From the NCBI GenBank assembly GCA_965198115.1, contig OZ240241.1:3360001-3424000 (forward strand): DNA of 64,000 bases. Direction: 5' to 3'. The stretch is from Candidatus Latescibacterota bacterium. GTDB taxonomy: Bacteria > Latescibacterota > UBA2968. The position numbers and the translations under genes are program-made. The notes beneath the pieces were generated by a model. The model was not told the origin of the DNA. It did not search any database and saw nothing but the letters and a program-made list of their open reading frames with translations. Positions 1 through 8,575 of this stretch are shown here, piece after piece; the first letter of the stretch is position 1; each line of letters starts with the position of its first letter.

Positions 1-83
1 CGGGAACATCTCCCAGCCTGGGACCCAGCCCAAACTCTGGAGAGTGACTTGCTTATCTCTGCGGTCTCTGCGTTGAAAGGATT

Positions 84-935
84 TCAGATCTTCCCGATGC
101 TGGCGCGTTTGGGCATTGCCGATTGAAAGTGCTCCACACTCTTCCACGGATCGACGATGGCGTGGCGGGAGTGGACGGGTTCGGGCTGACGATATCGGAC
201 GTGAACCGTGCGGCGAATGTTTTCCGTCCTCCGAATCGTGCCGCAGTGCCAGTTCGCGTTGTTGAACACGACGGCCGTACCCGCCTTCCCGAGCACATCC
301 ACCCCACCGATCCGGCGCGGATTCTCTCGCCCGAATGAATCCATCCACAGCGGCTTGTCCGGATCCACGTAGGACGTCTCGCGATCGTCGATCCGATACT
401 CCCCTTCCTTCGTCTTCGGGAACTGTCGCTTTGTCTCCACACTCTCCGGGATGAGCGTCGTGCAGTGCGTCGTCTCATCCACATCGTCCAGGTAGTAGAT
501 GATCTGGATCGCGGGCGTGAAGTAATCGTTCTTGTCCGCGCCCTCGACACAGCCTCGATCTTCGCGATGCCACTGACGTGACAGCACGGTGGGATCGCCA
601 CCGTCCAGGTCGTCTGGCGGATCGGCCAGACACGGCTCGCGCCGCAGGAAGGACATTCCGGAAACCTGCACACCATCACCAATGATCGCGCGCACCAGCG
701 GCACGGCGTTCGGATGATGGATCACGCAGTCCAGTGCTTCGGTTCGATGCAACAATTCCGGCGCCACGTTTCCTACCGCATCGTGGCCCGGACGTGGTTT
801 CATCACCCACTTGTCGGGATGCGCCCTTGCATCGGCGTCGATCCCGTCGTTGATCTTGGCGATCTCTTCCGGAGATAGGGCGCCGTGGAGGACGGTGTAA
901 CCGTTTTCAGCGAAATGTTTCAGGTGTTCGTCCAT
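84..935 (-). CDS. Phytanoyl-CoA dioxygenase (PhyH)-family Fe(II)/2-oxoglutarate enzyme, 283 aa
   Basis: N-terminal F.ENGY.VL..ALS motif, QWHRED, distal NWHCG and RRTVHVRY. Start placed at ATG 935 by comparison with the 283-aa paralog at 5038..5889. Confidence 0.85.
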   Translation of the reverse strand: MDEHLKHFAENGYTVLHGALSPEEIAKINDGIDADARAHPDKWVMKPRPGHDAVGNVAPELLHRTEALDCVIHHPNAVPLVRAIIGDGVQVSGMSFLRREPCLADPPDDLDGGDPTVLSRQWHREDRGCVEGADKNDYFTPAIQIIYYLDDVDETTHCTTLIPESVETKRQFPKTKEGEYRIDDRETSYVDPDKPLWMDSFGRENPRRIGGVDVLGKAGTAVVFNNANWHCGTIRRTENIRRTVHVRYRQPEPVHSRHAIVDPWKSVEHFQSAMPKRASIGKI

Positions 936-979
936 ACGATCGTCTGGTTGTCGTATCGGTTCACGCCAAATAAAAGGTT

Positions 980-1005
980 TAGGGACGGTTCGCGAACCGT
1001 CCCTA
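980..1005. repeat. REP-like perfect palindrome TAGGGACGGTTCGCGAACCGTCCCTA
   Basis: 26-bp perfect inverted repeat resembling GTAG-type REP sequences, immediately followed by the CTAG target of the IS cluster. Confidence 0.75.
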
Positions 1006-1202
1006 CTAGCCTGAATCATGCATGAATTTGAGTTTAGGTTGTTTTGGAGTGATGTGATCACGCACAGGATTTGTTCTCGGCTTCTTCGGATGTCCAAGGT
1101 CCCGTAAGCGGTCTCTACGAGTCGCAAGAGTCACGATTTTCGTCCGGAACAGGTGTTGTTTTGCGACGTGTACATAGCTGTCCCCGGTATAGATCGGCGT
1201 TG

Positions 1203-2000
1203 TTACTGCGTGTTCGTTTCGAGCCTGGTGATGATTGACACCAAGACGTTTTTGAGTGGATACGATGTTGGAAAATGGAATCGGATTCTTCGTGCGCTTT
1301 CAATGACTCTCGCGCCGATTTTGAGGAAACGGTTCTGTATCGTGTTGACCTGAGGTTTGGTCCACGCGGTGCCCTTGAGTCCCTGTGATCGGAGTGCGTG
1401 AAGCAAGGCGTATGCAGCACTGTGTAGAAAGAGTCGGAACTGGTTGGCTTCAAACTTGTGGCACGATGTTCGATCGGAGTGAAGGAATGTTTTGTGGTCC
1501 TTGATGAAGCCTTCCGTGCGTCCCCTTGCGCAGTAGATACGATCATAGATAAAGCCGTCTCGATTACTCTGTAAATTGGTCACGAGGTATCTTGGATTTG
1601 CTTCGCCGAGATCAGGACCGGAAAGAGGAAGCCGATCGCAGGCAGCCTTGACGCCCGGATCGTGGCGCAAATCATCACAATCGACGGCATCTTCATAGCC
1701 GCAAGCGATCTGAAAAACACGCTGCTTCACAAGATCCAAAAGCGTGTGATCGATATAGCTTGGGTGACGACGATCTCGCAAAGCATCTACCATTCTGGCG
1801 ATCAATCCCATCTGAGACTCAAGGGCGCGAAGCAACAGAACTCCACCGTCACTCCTGACGGCGCCACTGGCAAAATCAGCCTCAACTACCTTGCCCGAAA
1901 TGCTTGCGAATGGTAACCGGATCTGACTAGGTTCTATCACGGTAGTTCCTTCCAAGTGTTGTTTTGATGTGTCAGCCCTAATGTAGGGAAAAACAAACAC
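1203..2000 (-). pseudogene. IS1380-family transposase with a large internal deletion
   Basis: N-terminal SDGG.LLL and QIACGYED..D.D.LRHDP motifs joined directly to the C-terminal Y..RG..E..IK..K and F.ANQFRL motifs. Only 265 aa; the central DDE core is missing. Confidence 0.8.
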
Positions 2001-2026
2001 TTGTACAAGGGGACTACCTTTTTTAT

Positions 2027-3446
2027 GGCTATATCCGGATCTCTCAACGAGCTGAAGTGGGTGAAGGTGCCGTGGTTCCTGGCATGGGGGCGCGGTTAGA
2101 GTGTGCGGAACCTCTTCGGAATCTGCTCAGGGATGTTTATGTCTCCGACGGTAAGGAAGATCATATCGTTGAATGCGTCGAGTGTGCGGAATCCGCTGGC
2201 TCGGTTCTTGACGATTTGGACGATTCGGTTGAGGCCTTCGGCGATGGCGTTGGTAAGACGCGTGTTCACGAATGCGAGGACGCCGAAGAAGTGCTGTCGC
2301 AGGGTCCTGACGAACTTTCGCAGGGGTTCACGTCGACTTCTGAGTGCGGACGTCGTCCAGCATTTCAGGAAGCGTTCGGCAGCCCAGGGCGCTTTGTATT
2401 CCCAGAACTGCTCGAACTCGTCCTTGAGTCTCCAGGCTCTATAGATTCGGTAGTTCGCCTTCTCCAGTGCTTTGAGTGTCCGAGTATCCCCTCTGGAGCG
2501 TGTCGCTGAGTGCCGGTAGAGGAGCCATCGGAGGCCCTTCATGGCTTTGCGCTCATCCGGGGCAGCTTCACGCCACTGGTCCTTACGGACCTCGTCAACG
2601 GCGGCATTGAGAGCCTTGACGATGTGAAAGCGATCGAGGACCAGCTTGGCATTCGGACAGTGTTCCTGGATGGCTCCGATGTAAGCTTCGCTCATGTCGC
2701 AGCAGGCCCACTCGATCTTGGATCTCCGGTAGGGACTGAGAGCCTCTGTGAAGAACCGATCGATCGTTTTACGCGCCCTGCCGCGGCCAACCCACACCAC
2801 GCAGGAGCGGTCCAGATCGTAAACGAGCGTGGCGTACCTGTGACGCTTGGCGTAGGAGATCTCGTCGATCCCGATGGTTTTGAGCCCTCGGATACGATGA
2901 CCTTCACGAAGCCGCGTGATGGATCGGTGAAGGAGATCCGACAGCGTCGAGGCAGAGATGCGCAGTAACTCGGACGCCGCCTTCTGCGTCAAGGTCTGGC
3001 AGTAGCGCAGCATGGCATACTCGAAGCGATACGTCACCCGAGAGAACCGCTCCGCCCACGGAATCTCCTCGACCACACGACCGTGGGTAGGACACCGAAT
3101 CTCCCGAGGATGGTAGAGAAGCCAGACCCTCCACCCGCACACCGGAATGTCACGCCACCGACGCGGATGGGGCATTGTGCGGACGATTTTACCTCGACGG
3201 CCGCACTCCGGACAACAACAACCATTCTTATGGGGCTTTACGGCGATGACGAAGCAGCTTCTCCCCTCAAACCACCAGCTGACAACACGGAACCCCTTGA
3301 ATCTCAGCAGTTTCGATAGTAATCTGCTCCCGGTCATAGGTCGCACCCCCTTCGCTTTGATTGTCCTACACACACAACCAAGCGTAGGGAACGATCTATG
3401 ACCTTGTCATTCTATAGTTTCACCGTTGAGAAACCCGGATAGAGCC
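2027..3446 (-). mobile_element. ISL3-family IS, copy 1 (1420 bp)
   Basis: Ends GGCTATATCCGGATCTCTCAACG and CCGTTGAGAAACCCGGATAGAGCC; 8-bp target duplication TTTTTTAT (2019-2026, 3447-3454). Confidence 0.93.
2096..3373 (-). CDS. ISL3-family transposase
   Basis: Zn-finger CPECG, IGIDE, CCDMS, LDRFH and TNAIAEGLN motifs. Confidence 0.93.
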   Translation of the reverse strand: MCRTIKAKGVRPMTGSRLLSKLLRFKGFRVVSWWFEGRSCFVIAVKPHKNGCCCPECGRRGKIVRTMPHPRRWRDIPVCGWRVWLLYHPREIRCPTHGRVVEEIPWAERFSRVTYRFEYAMLRYCQTLTQKAASELLRISASTLSDLLHRSITRLREGHRIRGLKTIGIDEISYAKRHRYATLVYDLDRSCVVWVGRGRARKTIDRFFTEALSPYRRSKIEWACCDMSEAYIGAIQEHCPNAKLVLDRFHIVKALNAAVDEVRKDQWREAAPDERKAMKGLRWLLYRHSATRSRGDTRTLKALEKANYRIYRAWRLKDEFEQFWEYKAPWAAERFLKCWTTSALRSRREPLRKFVRTLRQHFFGVLAFVNTRLTNAIAEGLNRIVQIVKNRASGFRTLDAFNDMIFLTVGDINIPEQIPKRFRTL

Positions 3447-3470
3447 TTTTTTATGCATAATTCAGGCTAG

Positions 3471-5024
3471 GAGCCTGTCGGGTTACACCCGGAAGCTCGT
3501 TGAGATTAAGTCCAGCTGAGTCTGTCAGCGACCGGTTACCTTCGTTTTTTCCTTGAGCCGAGTTCCTCTTCGGGATCAGGTAGCCAATGAGAGTCGATAG
3601 AGTTTCAGAAGGTTGTGTGTGAGACAGATCAGGTTCCATTCTCTGATGACTTTGTGGATTCGGCGGAATGAGAATCGGGTGAAGTTCCGAACGGATTTGA
3701 TCTGTCCAAACACGGGTTCGATGATCTGTTTTCTTTTCCAGTAGGTGCAGCGACCTTTCTGTGTGAGAAGCTTTCTCGCCATTTTGTCTTTCGTCGTTGC
3801 GCCCTTGGGGATCCGTCCCCTGGGGCAGGTCGCGATGGGCGTTCCATGTTTCTGTTTTGTCGTCGCCACATAGAGGTCGACGCCATCTGATTGAACCTGA
3901 TCGACCTGACTTTGGTTGAAGTATCCGGTGTCGGCAGTGAGGTGCTTGGGTGTCGTGCCGCCCATATTCGCTCTGATCTGGTTGACCATAGGTGTCATCT
4001 GGTTCTTGTCATCAGCTTCTTGGGTGACGTCGGCAGCAACGACAATCTGGGCCTTGTCATCCACAGCAGCTTGGCAGTTGTAGGCTTGAAGGAATTGGCC
4101 CCCTGAGACCATGATCCGTGAGTCGGGATCGGTGAAGTTCAGTTGTTCCTTTCAGTCGGGCTCTTTCGATGGAGGCTTGGGCTTACGTCCACGACCGCCG
4201 CGGCGCTCCCGGGCCTTTACCTTCTCTTCATACGCTGCCTGCTTCTCAGGAAACTCAGCCTCCGCTTCGGCTTCGATCTCGGCTATTGCGTCGCGGATTA
4301 CTTTGAGTCGAGTCTCCCGGTGCTGCAACTCCTCGGGCAACTCGTCGCCGCGGTTGTCCTTTCCGTAGAGTTCGTCTTCGGCCGCGTCAGTGGCTTCGGC
4401 CTCGGTCAAGAGTCTGCGCACTTCGGCCTCGATCTCGGCTTCTTTCTTCTTCATCCGGCCGTAGCTCATCGCTTTGTGTTTTGAGGCATTTGCTTTGACT
4501 TTCGTGCCATCCAACGCCACGTGTCCCAGCTTCACCAGACCTGCCTTCACGCAGAGACACAGCACTTGCCTGAACAGACCTGAGAGGGCATCCAGATGCC
4601 GTTGACGAAAGGTCGATATCGTGTCGTGATCAGGATGCTGATCCAGGCTGAGCACACGGAAAGCAACCGAGTCATAGGTCGCACGCTCGATCTTGCGGGA
4701 ACTCCTGATGCCTTCACAGTAACCATACAGCAGTAGGCTCACCATCATCCGGGGATCATACGGTGGCTGGCCACCTTGAGACCCATCGTAGGTCTCGTAG
4801 ATCGCGGACAAATCAAGTTGTCCGACGATATCCAGAATGAAGTAGGTCGGATGACCCTTGGGAAGCCAACTCCGGAGATCCGGAGGCAGCAACATCAACT
4901 GAGCCGGATTGTAGACACGAAACCGAGTAGAAGTGCTCAACGGAAACCTCCAATTCAGAGTCGGAACCTTGATCGCACTTCTACAATACGAAATCTTCCT
5001 CCGGCTGGGTACTCCGACAGGCTC
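3471..5024 (-). mobile_element. IS1182-family element
   Basis: Ends GAGCCTGTCGG and CCGACAGGCTC; CTAG on both sides (3467-3470, 5025-5028). Confidence 0.88.
3576..4940 (-). pseudogene. IS1182-family transposase interrupted by one in-frame TGA at 4152-4154
   Basis: LPPDL..WLP, PYDPRMM, SSRKIE, DGTKVKANAS, NFTDPDSRIM, ADTGY and R...IEPVFGQIK motifs. ORFs 4152..4940 and 3576..4112 are in the same frame. Confidence 0.85.
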
Positions 5025-5037
5025 CTAGCATCGACAT

Positions 5038-5889
5038 TTAAATTCTCTCGATACTTGCGCGTTTCGGAAGTGCGGCCTGGAACTCCGCCACACTCTTGAA
5101 CGGGTCCTTCAACGCGTGCGTGGAGTGAACGGGCTCCGCCTGACGATATCGGACGTGAACCGCCCGCCGGATCCGCTCCGTCTTCCGGATCGTCGCGCAG
5201 TGCCAGCTTGCGTTGTTGAACAGAAGACCGGATCCCGCTTTCGCGTGTACGTCGACCCGACCGATCCGGCGCGGGAACTCGCGACCGAACGCGTCCGGCC
5301 ACAGCGGCTTGTCAGGATCCACATAGCTCGTGCGCGCATCGTCGATTCGCAGAACCCCTTCGGTCGTTTTGGGCAGCGTTCGTTTCGTCTCGGCGCTCTC
5401 CGGAATCACGCTCGTGCAGTGCGTCGTCTCGTCCACGTCATCCAGATAGTAGATAATCTGAATCGACGGCGCGAAGTACAAGTTCCTGTCGGCGCCCTCT
5501 ACGGTGCCGCTGTCCTCCCGATGCCACTGTCGCGACAGGGCGAGCGGATCGCCCCCGTCAATATCCTCCGGCGGGTCGGCCAGACACGGTTCACGACGCA
5601 TAAAGGTCAACCCGGAGCACAGACAGCCCTCGCCCAGGATCGCCTTTACAAGCGGGATCGCCGACGGATGATGGATCACACCATCCAACGCTTGAGTCCG
5701 ATGCATCAGCCCGGGGGCGTCGTTACTCACCGCATCGAAGCCCGGACGAGGCCTCATCACCCACTCCTCCGGATGTGTGGCCCTGTCCGAGTCGATCCCG
5801 TCGTTCACCCGTGCGATTTCCTCGGGCGACAACGCCTCGTGCAGGACGACATAGCCGTTTTCCTTGAAATGATCGAGATATTCGTCCAT
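5038..5889 (-). CDS. PhyH-family Fe(II)/2-oxoglutarate enzyme, paralog of 84..935
   Basis: Same length and motifs (QWHRED, SWHCA) and colinear with the first copy. Confidence 0.85.
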   Translation of the reverse strand: MDEYLDHFKENGYVVLHEALSPEEIARVNDGIDSDRATHPEEWVMRPRPGFDAVSNDAPGLMHRTQALDGVIHHPSAIPLVKAILGEGCLCSGLTFMRREPCLADPPEDIDGGDPLALSRQWHREDSGTVEGADRNLYFAPSIQIIYYLDDVDETTHCTSVIPESAETKRTLPKTTEGVLRIDDARTSYVDPDKPLWPDAFGREFPRRIGRVDVHAKAGSGLLFNNASWHCATIRKTERIRRAVHVRYRQAEPVHSTHALKDPFKSVAEFQAALPKRASIERI

Positions 5890-6051
5890 CCTACCGCTCC
5901 TTGGCGTGCCTGAATATGCGGGAAGCTAACCACCAAGACTCTAAGACACCAAGATTTTCGGGGTGTGCCACTTCCCCAATTGAAGATTTTCGGGTGCCAC
6001 GCGTCCAGGTTTTTTCGTGTTTTTCGTGTATTTCGTGGTTAGGCTTTTCCT

Positions 6052-7032
6052 ATGAACCGTTACGAAACCCTCCGCCGACGCATCGCCGGTCCGATGGTCC
6101 CCCTCCCCATCCTCTACTGCGACAACCTCTCTGTCGACCACGCGGGCATCGCACGCTACGTCACCTGGCTGCTCGACGCGGGAATGACCAATACCTGCCT
6201 CACTTACGCCTACAGCCAGATCGGCTACGTCAGCGAAGAAGAGCCGATCGACATCACGCGAACGATCGCAGACGTCATCGGCGATCGGGCGGTTTTCATC
6301 GCCTGCTCGCACATCGACACGACCGAGAACACAGCTGCCCTCATCCAACAGATCAAGGAACTGGGTGCCCACGCCGTCTTCGCGATGCCCGAGCAGGATG
6401 GATGGCCAGCCGAGCAATACGGACCCCACCTCTCCACGATCGCCGAAACAGCTGACTTTCCGCTCCTGCTTGTGAACAACATCTCCCCAACCGATGCCGC
6501 GTCACCCATCTTCTCGATCGATGCGTACGAAGGCTTGCTCGAGCACGACGCCATCGTCGGTCTGAAGGAAGACTTCAACAACGTCCCCTATCGCCTGGAC
6601 CTCATCCGCGAATACGGCGAACGTCTCTGCATCATCGGCGGCGGTGTCCAGCGCAACTACCTCTTCTTCCACCACCATCCGCAGCAGGGCGAGTTGTTCG
6701 GCCAGTTCAGCCCGGCCACGGCGCACCGGTTCGTCGCGATGCTCGACGAAGAGCGGATGCGGGAGGCCATCGACTTCATAGCCCGTCGAGATCTTGCGTT
6801 GCGCGAAAGTCTTCTCGACCTCAACTGGCTCGCGCGGAATCAGGTCTATATGTATCAGATGGGATTCGCGGAGAGTTGGAAGCTTCGCCCCCCGCTCGAG
6901 TCTGCAACCGAGGCGCAAGTCTCGGAGGTCATTGCGGTGATGAAGGGGTATCCGGATGTGTTTACGGAGTTATGCGACTCACGTAGACACCATCCGGAGC
7001 GAGACGGAATCCGGTTCCCCGACGGCACGTAG
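6052..7032 (+). CDS. Dihydrodipicolinate synthase (DapA)-like class I aldolase family protein
   Basis: GPMVPLP...D..SVD..G start and VGLKED with the Schiff-base lysine. Confidence 0.75.
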   Translation: MNRYETLRRRIAGPMVPLPILYCDNLSVDHAGIARYVTWLLDAGMTNTCLTYAYSQIGYVSEEEPIDITRTIADVIGDRAVFIACSHIDTTENTAALIQQIKELGAHAVFAMPEQDGWPAEQYGPHLSTIAETADFPLLLVNNISPTDAASPIFSIDAYEGLLEHDAIVGLKEDFNNVPYRLDLIREYGERLCIIGGGVQRNYLFFHHHPQQGELFGQFSPATAHRFVAMLDEERMREAIDFIARRDLALRESLLDLNWLARNQVYMYQMGFAESWKLRPPLESATEAQVSEVIAVMKGYPDVFTELCDSRRHHPERDGIRFPDGT

Positions 7033-7297
7033 GGCTGAAGCCCGACGCTGGAAACACAAAGCCGGCTAAAGCCGGCTATTCCAACCCCGGAAATCGGGAG
7101 AGCTCGAACCCTGTCCGCACCAGCGATTCGCTCGTCTACCTACGTGGCTACGACTACTACAACATCAACTTCTGGCAGAAGCTCAGACGATTCCAATTCG
7201 GAATCGTCGACGACCCCTTCTGAGTACAGCAAGCGTTTCCTTCCACGGATTTATTTTTACCAGGGATTCGTCCCACTCGAACATTGCGTAGCGGCCC

Positions 7298-7336
7298 AAA
7301 ATAGACCCGGCCAAGAAGCGAACCGGGGTGACAATC
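7298..7336. repeat. Dispersed hairpin repeat, second copy at 15886..15925
   Basis: AAAATAGACCC(C)GGCCA.GAAGCG.ACCGGGGTGACAATC is present at both sites. Confidence 0.75.
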
Positions 7337-7481
7337 GTTGTTCGTTGGTGATGCGCGAAGCGAGAACTCCCAGTAAATCGACCTGCAGATCCTCCTCCTC
7401 CCTTAGCCGCTATCCTCGATCCCGATTCACCCACCGAACCCAACCTCCGTGTTCTCAGTCGTATGTTTTTCGTCTTTTTTT

Positions 7482-7563
7482 TGAACCGCGCTCCATCGGC
7501 CGGTGTCCTGACAGGTGAACGCCCAGAAAACGCGCGTGTAACCACCTCTCAGGAAGGAGCGTC
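7482..7563 (+). promoter_or_regulatory. Two tandem ECF-type promoter candidates
   Basis: TGAACC-N16-TGTC (7482-7507) and TGTAACC-N16-CGTC (7537-7563), upstream of the ECF sigma gene. Both match the general AAC/CGT ECF promoter pattern. Confidence 0.5.
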
Positions 7564-7643
7564 CAATGTAACCCACGACGCCGGTATCAAGTAGCGATGG
7601 GGTTTTTTGGTGACGTGACAAAAACGTGTAGGCTTCTTGAGTA

Positions 7644-7697
7644 CGTCGCACTTCGACGGAGTTCATCCTGAGCGCAGTCGAAGGGCTCAGTGTGACG
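7644..7697. repeat. Palindromic repeat of the CTTCGAC..GCTCAG..TGAC type; related copies at 8347..8369 and 8523..8557
   Basis: Shared CTTCGAC.N.GCTCAG core, with self-complementary arms in the 7644 and 8523 copies. Confidence 0.65.
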
Positions 7698-7757
7698 TAT
7701 CCATCCTCGGTGTAATCTGTGTGTTCTGTGGTTCCACCCCGTCTTTCAAGGACATCG

Positions 7758-8342
7758 ATGACCGACGAAGACCTCCTCACCGCCATCGCAAAGCAAGATG
7801 CTGATGCCTTCGGGGAGTTCTTCAACCGCTTCGAGCCTCAAGTGATCCGTCACCTGACGCGTATCGTCAGAGATCCGGCAACCGCCGACGATCTGACTCA
7901 AGACGTCTTTTTCCGGGTCTGGGCGCGCGCTGGGCAGTGGTCGGGGCGAGGCAGCGCGCGGAGTTGGCTGCTCACGATCGCCACAAATCTGGCCCTCAAC
8001 CACTTACGCACCGTTAAACGCCGCCGCGAGCAGCCTCTCGACCCTGGACCCGATCCTTACGCCGAAGGCGACGGGACCCACGCCCCCAGCTGGATGATCG
8101 ACGAAGCCGCCGTCGGCGCGGATGAGCAATACGAACAGACCGAGCGACGGCAGTTGCTCAACGGCCTCGTCGACGAGCTGCCCGAAGACAAGCGCGAGGT
8201 CTTACGCCTCGTCTACGACGCCGAAATGGATGTAAGGGATGTCGCCGACCACCTCGGCATCCCAGAAGGCACCGTAAAATCCCGAATGCACCACGCGCGA
8301 CGACGACTGGCCGATCGATGGCGCAACATCGAAAAACCCTGA
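7758..8342 (+). CDS. ECF (group 4 sigma-70) RNA polymerase sigma factor
   Basis: Region 2 motifs D.DAF.EFF.RF, ADDLTQDVFFRVW and SWLLTIATN; region 4 motif LP...R....L......DVA..LGIPEGTVKSRMHHAR. Confidence 0.93.
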   Translation: MTDEDLLTAIAKQDADAFGEFFNRFEPQVIRHLTRIVRDPATADDLTQDVFFRVWARAGQWSGRGSARSWLLTIATNLALNHLRTVKRRREQPLDPGPDPYAEGDGTHAPSWMIDEAAVGADEQYEQTERRQLLNGLVDELPEDKREVLRLVYDAEMDVRDVADHLGIPEGTVKSRMHHARRRLADRWRNIEKP

Positions 8343-8459
8343 ACCACCCTTCGACTACGCTCAGGACAAGCTCCGACACCAAGACACGAAGAAAACCGGA
8401 AGGAAAGGCATGAGCCCCCACTCAGCTTGCGGACATAACCCCCACCTTCTGGGTGAATC

Positions 8460-8510
8460 AGCCCACTTCAGTGGGCTTCGCTAAAGTTGCGTGGGACTTC
8501 AGTCCCACGC
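8460..8510. repeat. Pair of REP-like hairpins with TTCA loops; related hairpins at 7032..7077
   Basis: AGCCCAC-TTCA-GTGGGCT and GCGTGGGAC-TTCA-GTCCCACGC. Confidence 0.7.
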
Positions 8511-8575
8511 GGCTTGGCCGATTACCGACACTTCGACTCGCGCTCAGTGTGACGGTATGTCGGCCTTCCTGAACT

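Larger units (their letters stand above)
1010..3466 (-). mobile_element. IS1380-family element, internally deleted, with a nested ISL3
   Basis: Terminal inverted repeats CCTGAATCATGCATGAA (from 1010) and TTATGCATAATTCAGG (to 3466); CTAG on both sides (1006-1009, 3467-3470). Confidence 0.85.

Noticed and set aside
7183-7285. BrnT-like toxin start (MFEWDE) on the minus strand
   Set aside because: The similarity ends after a few residues, the frame closes early, and no antitoxin gene is adjacent.
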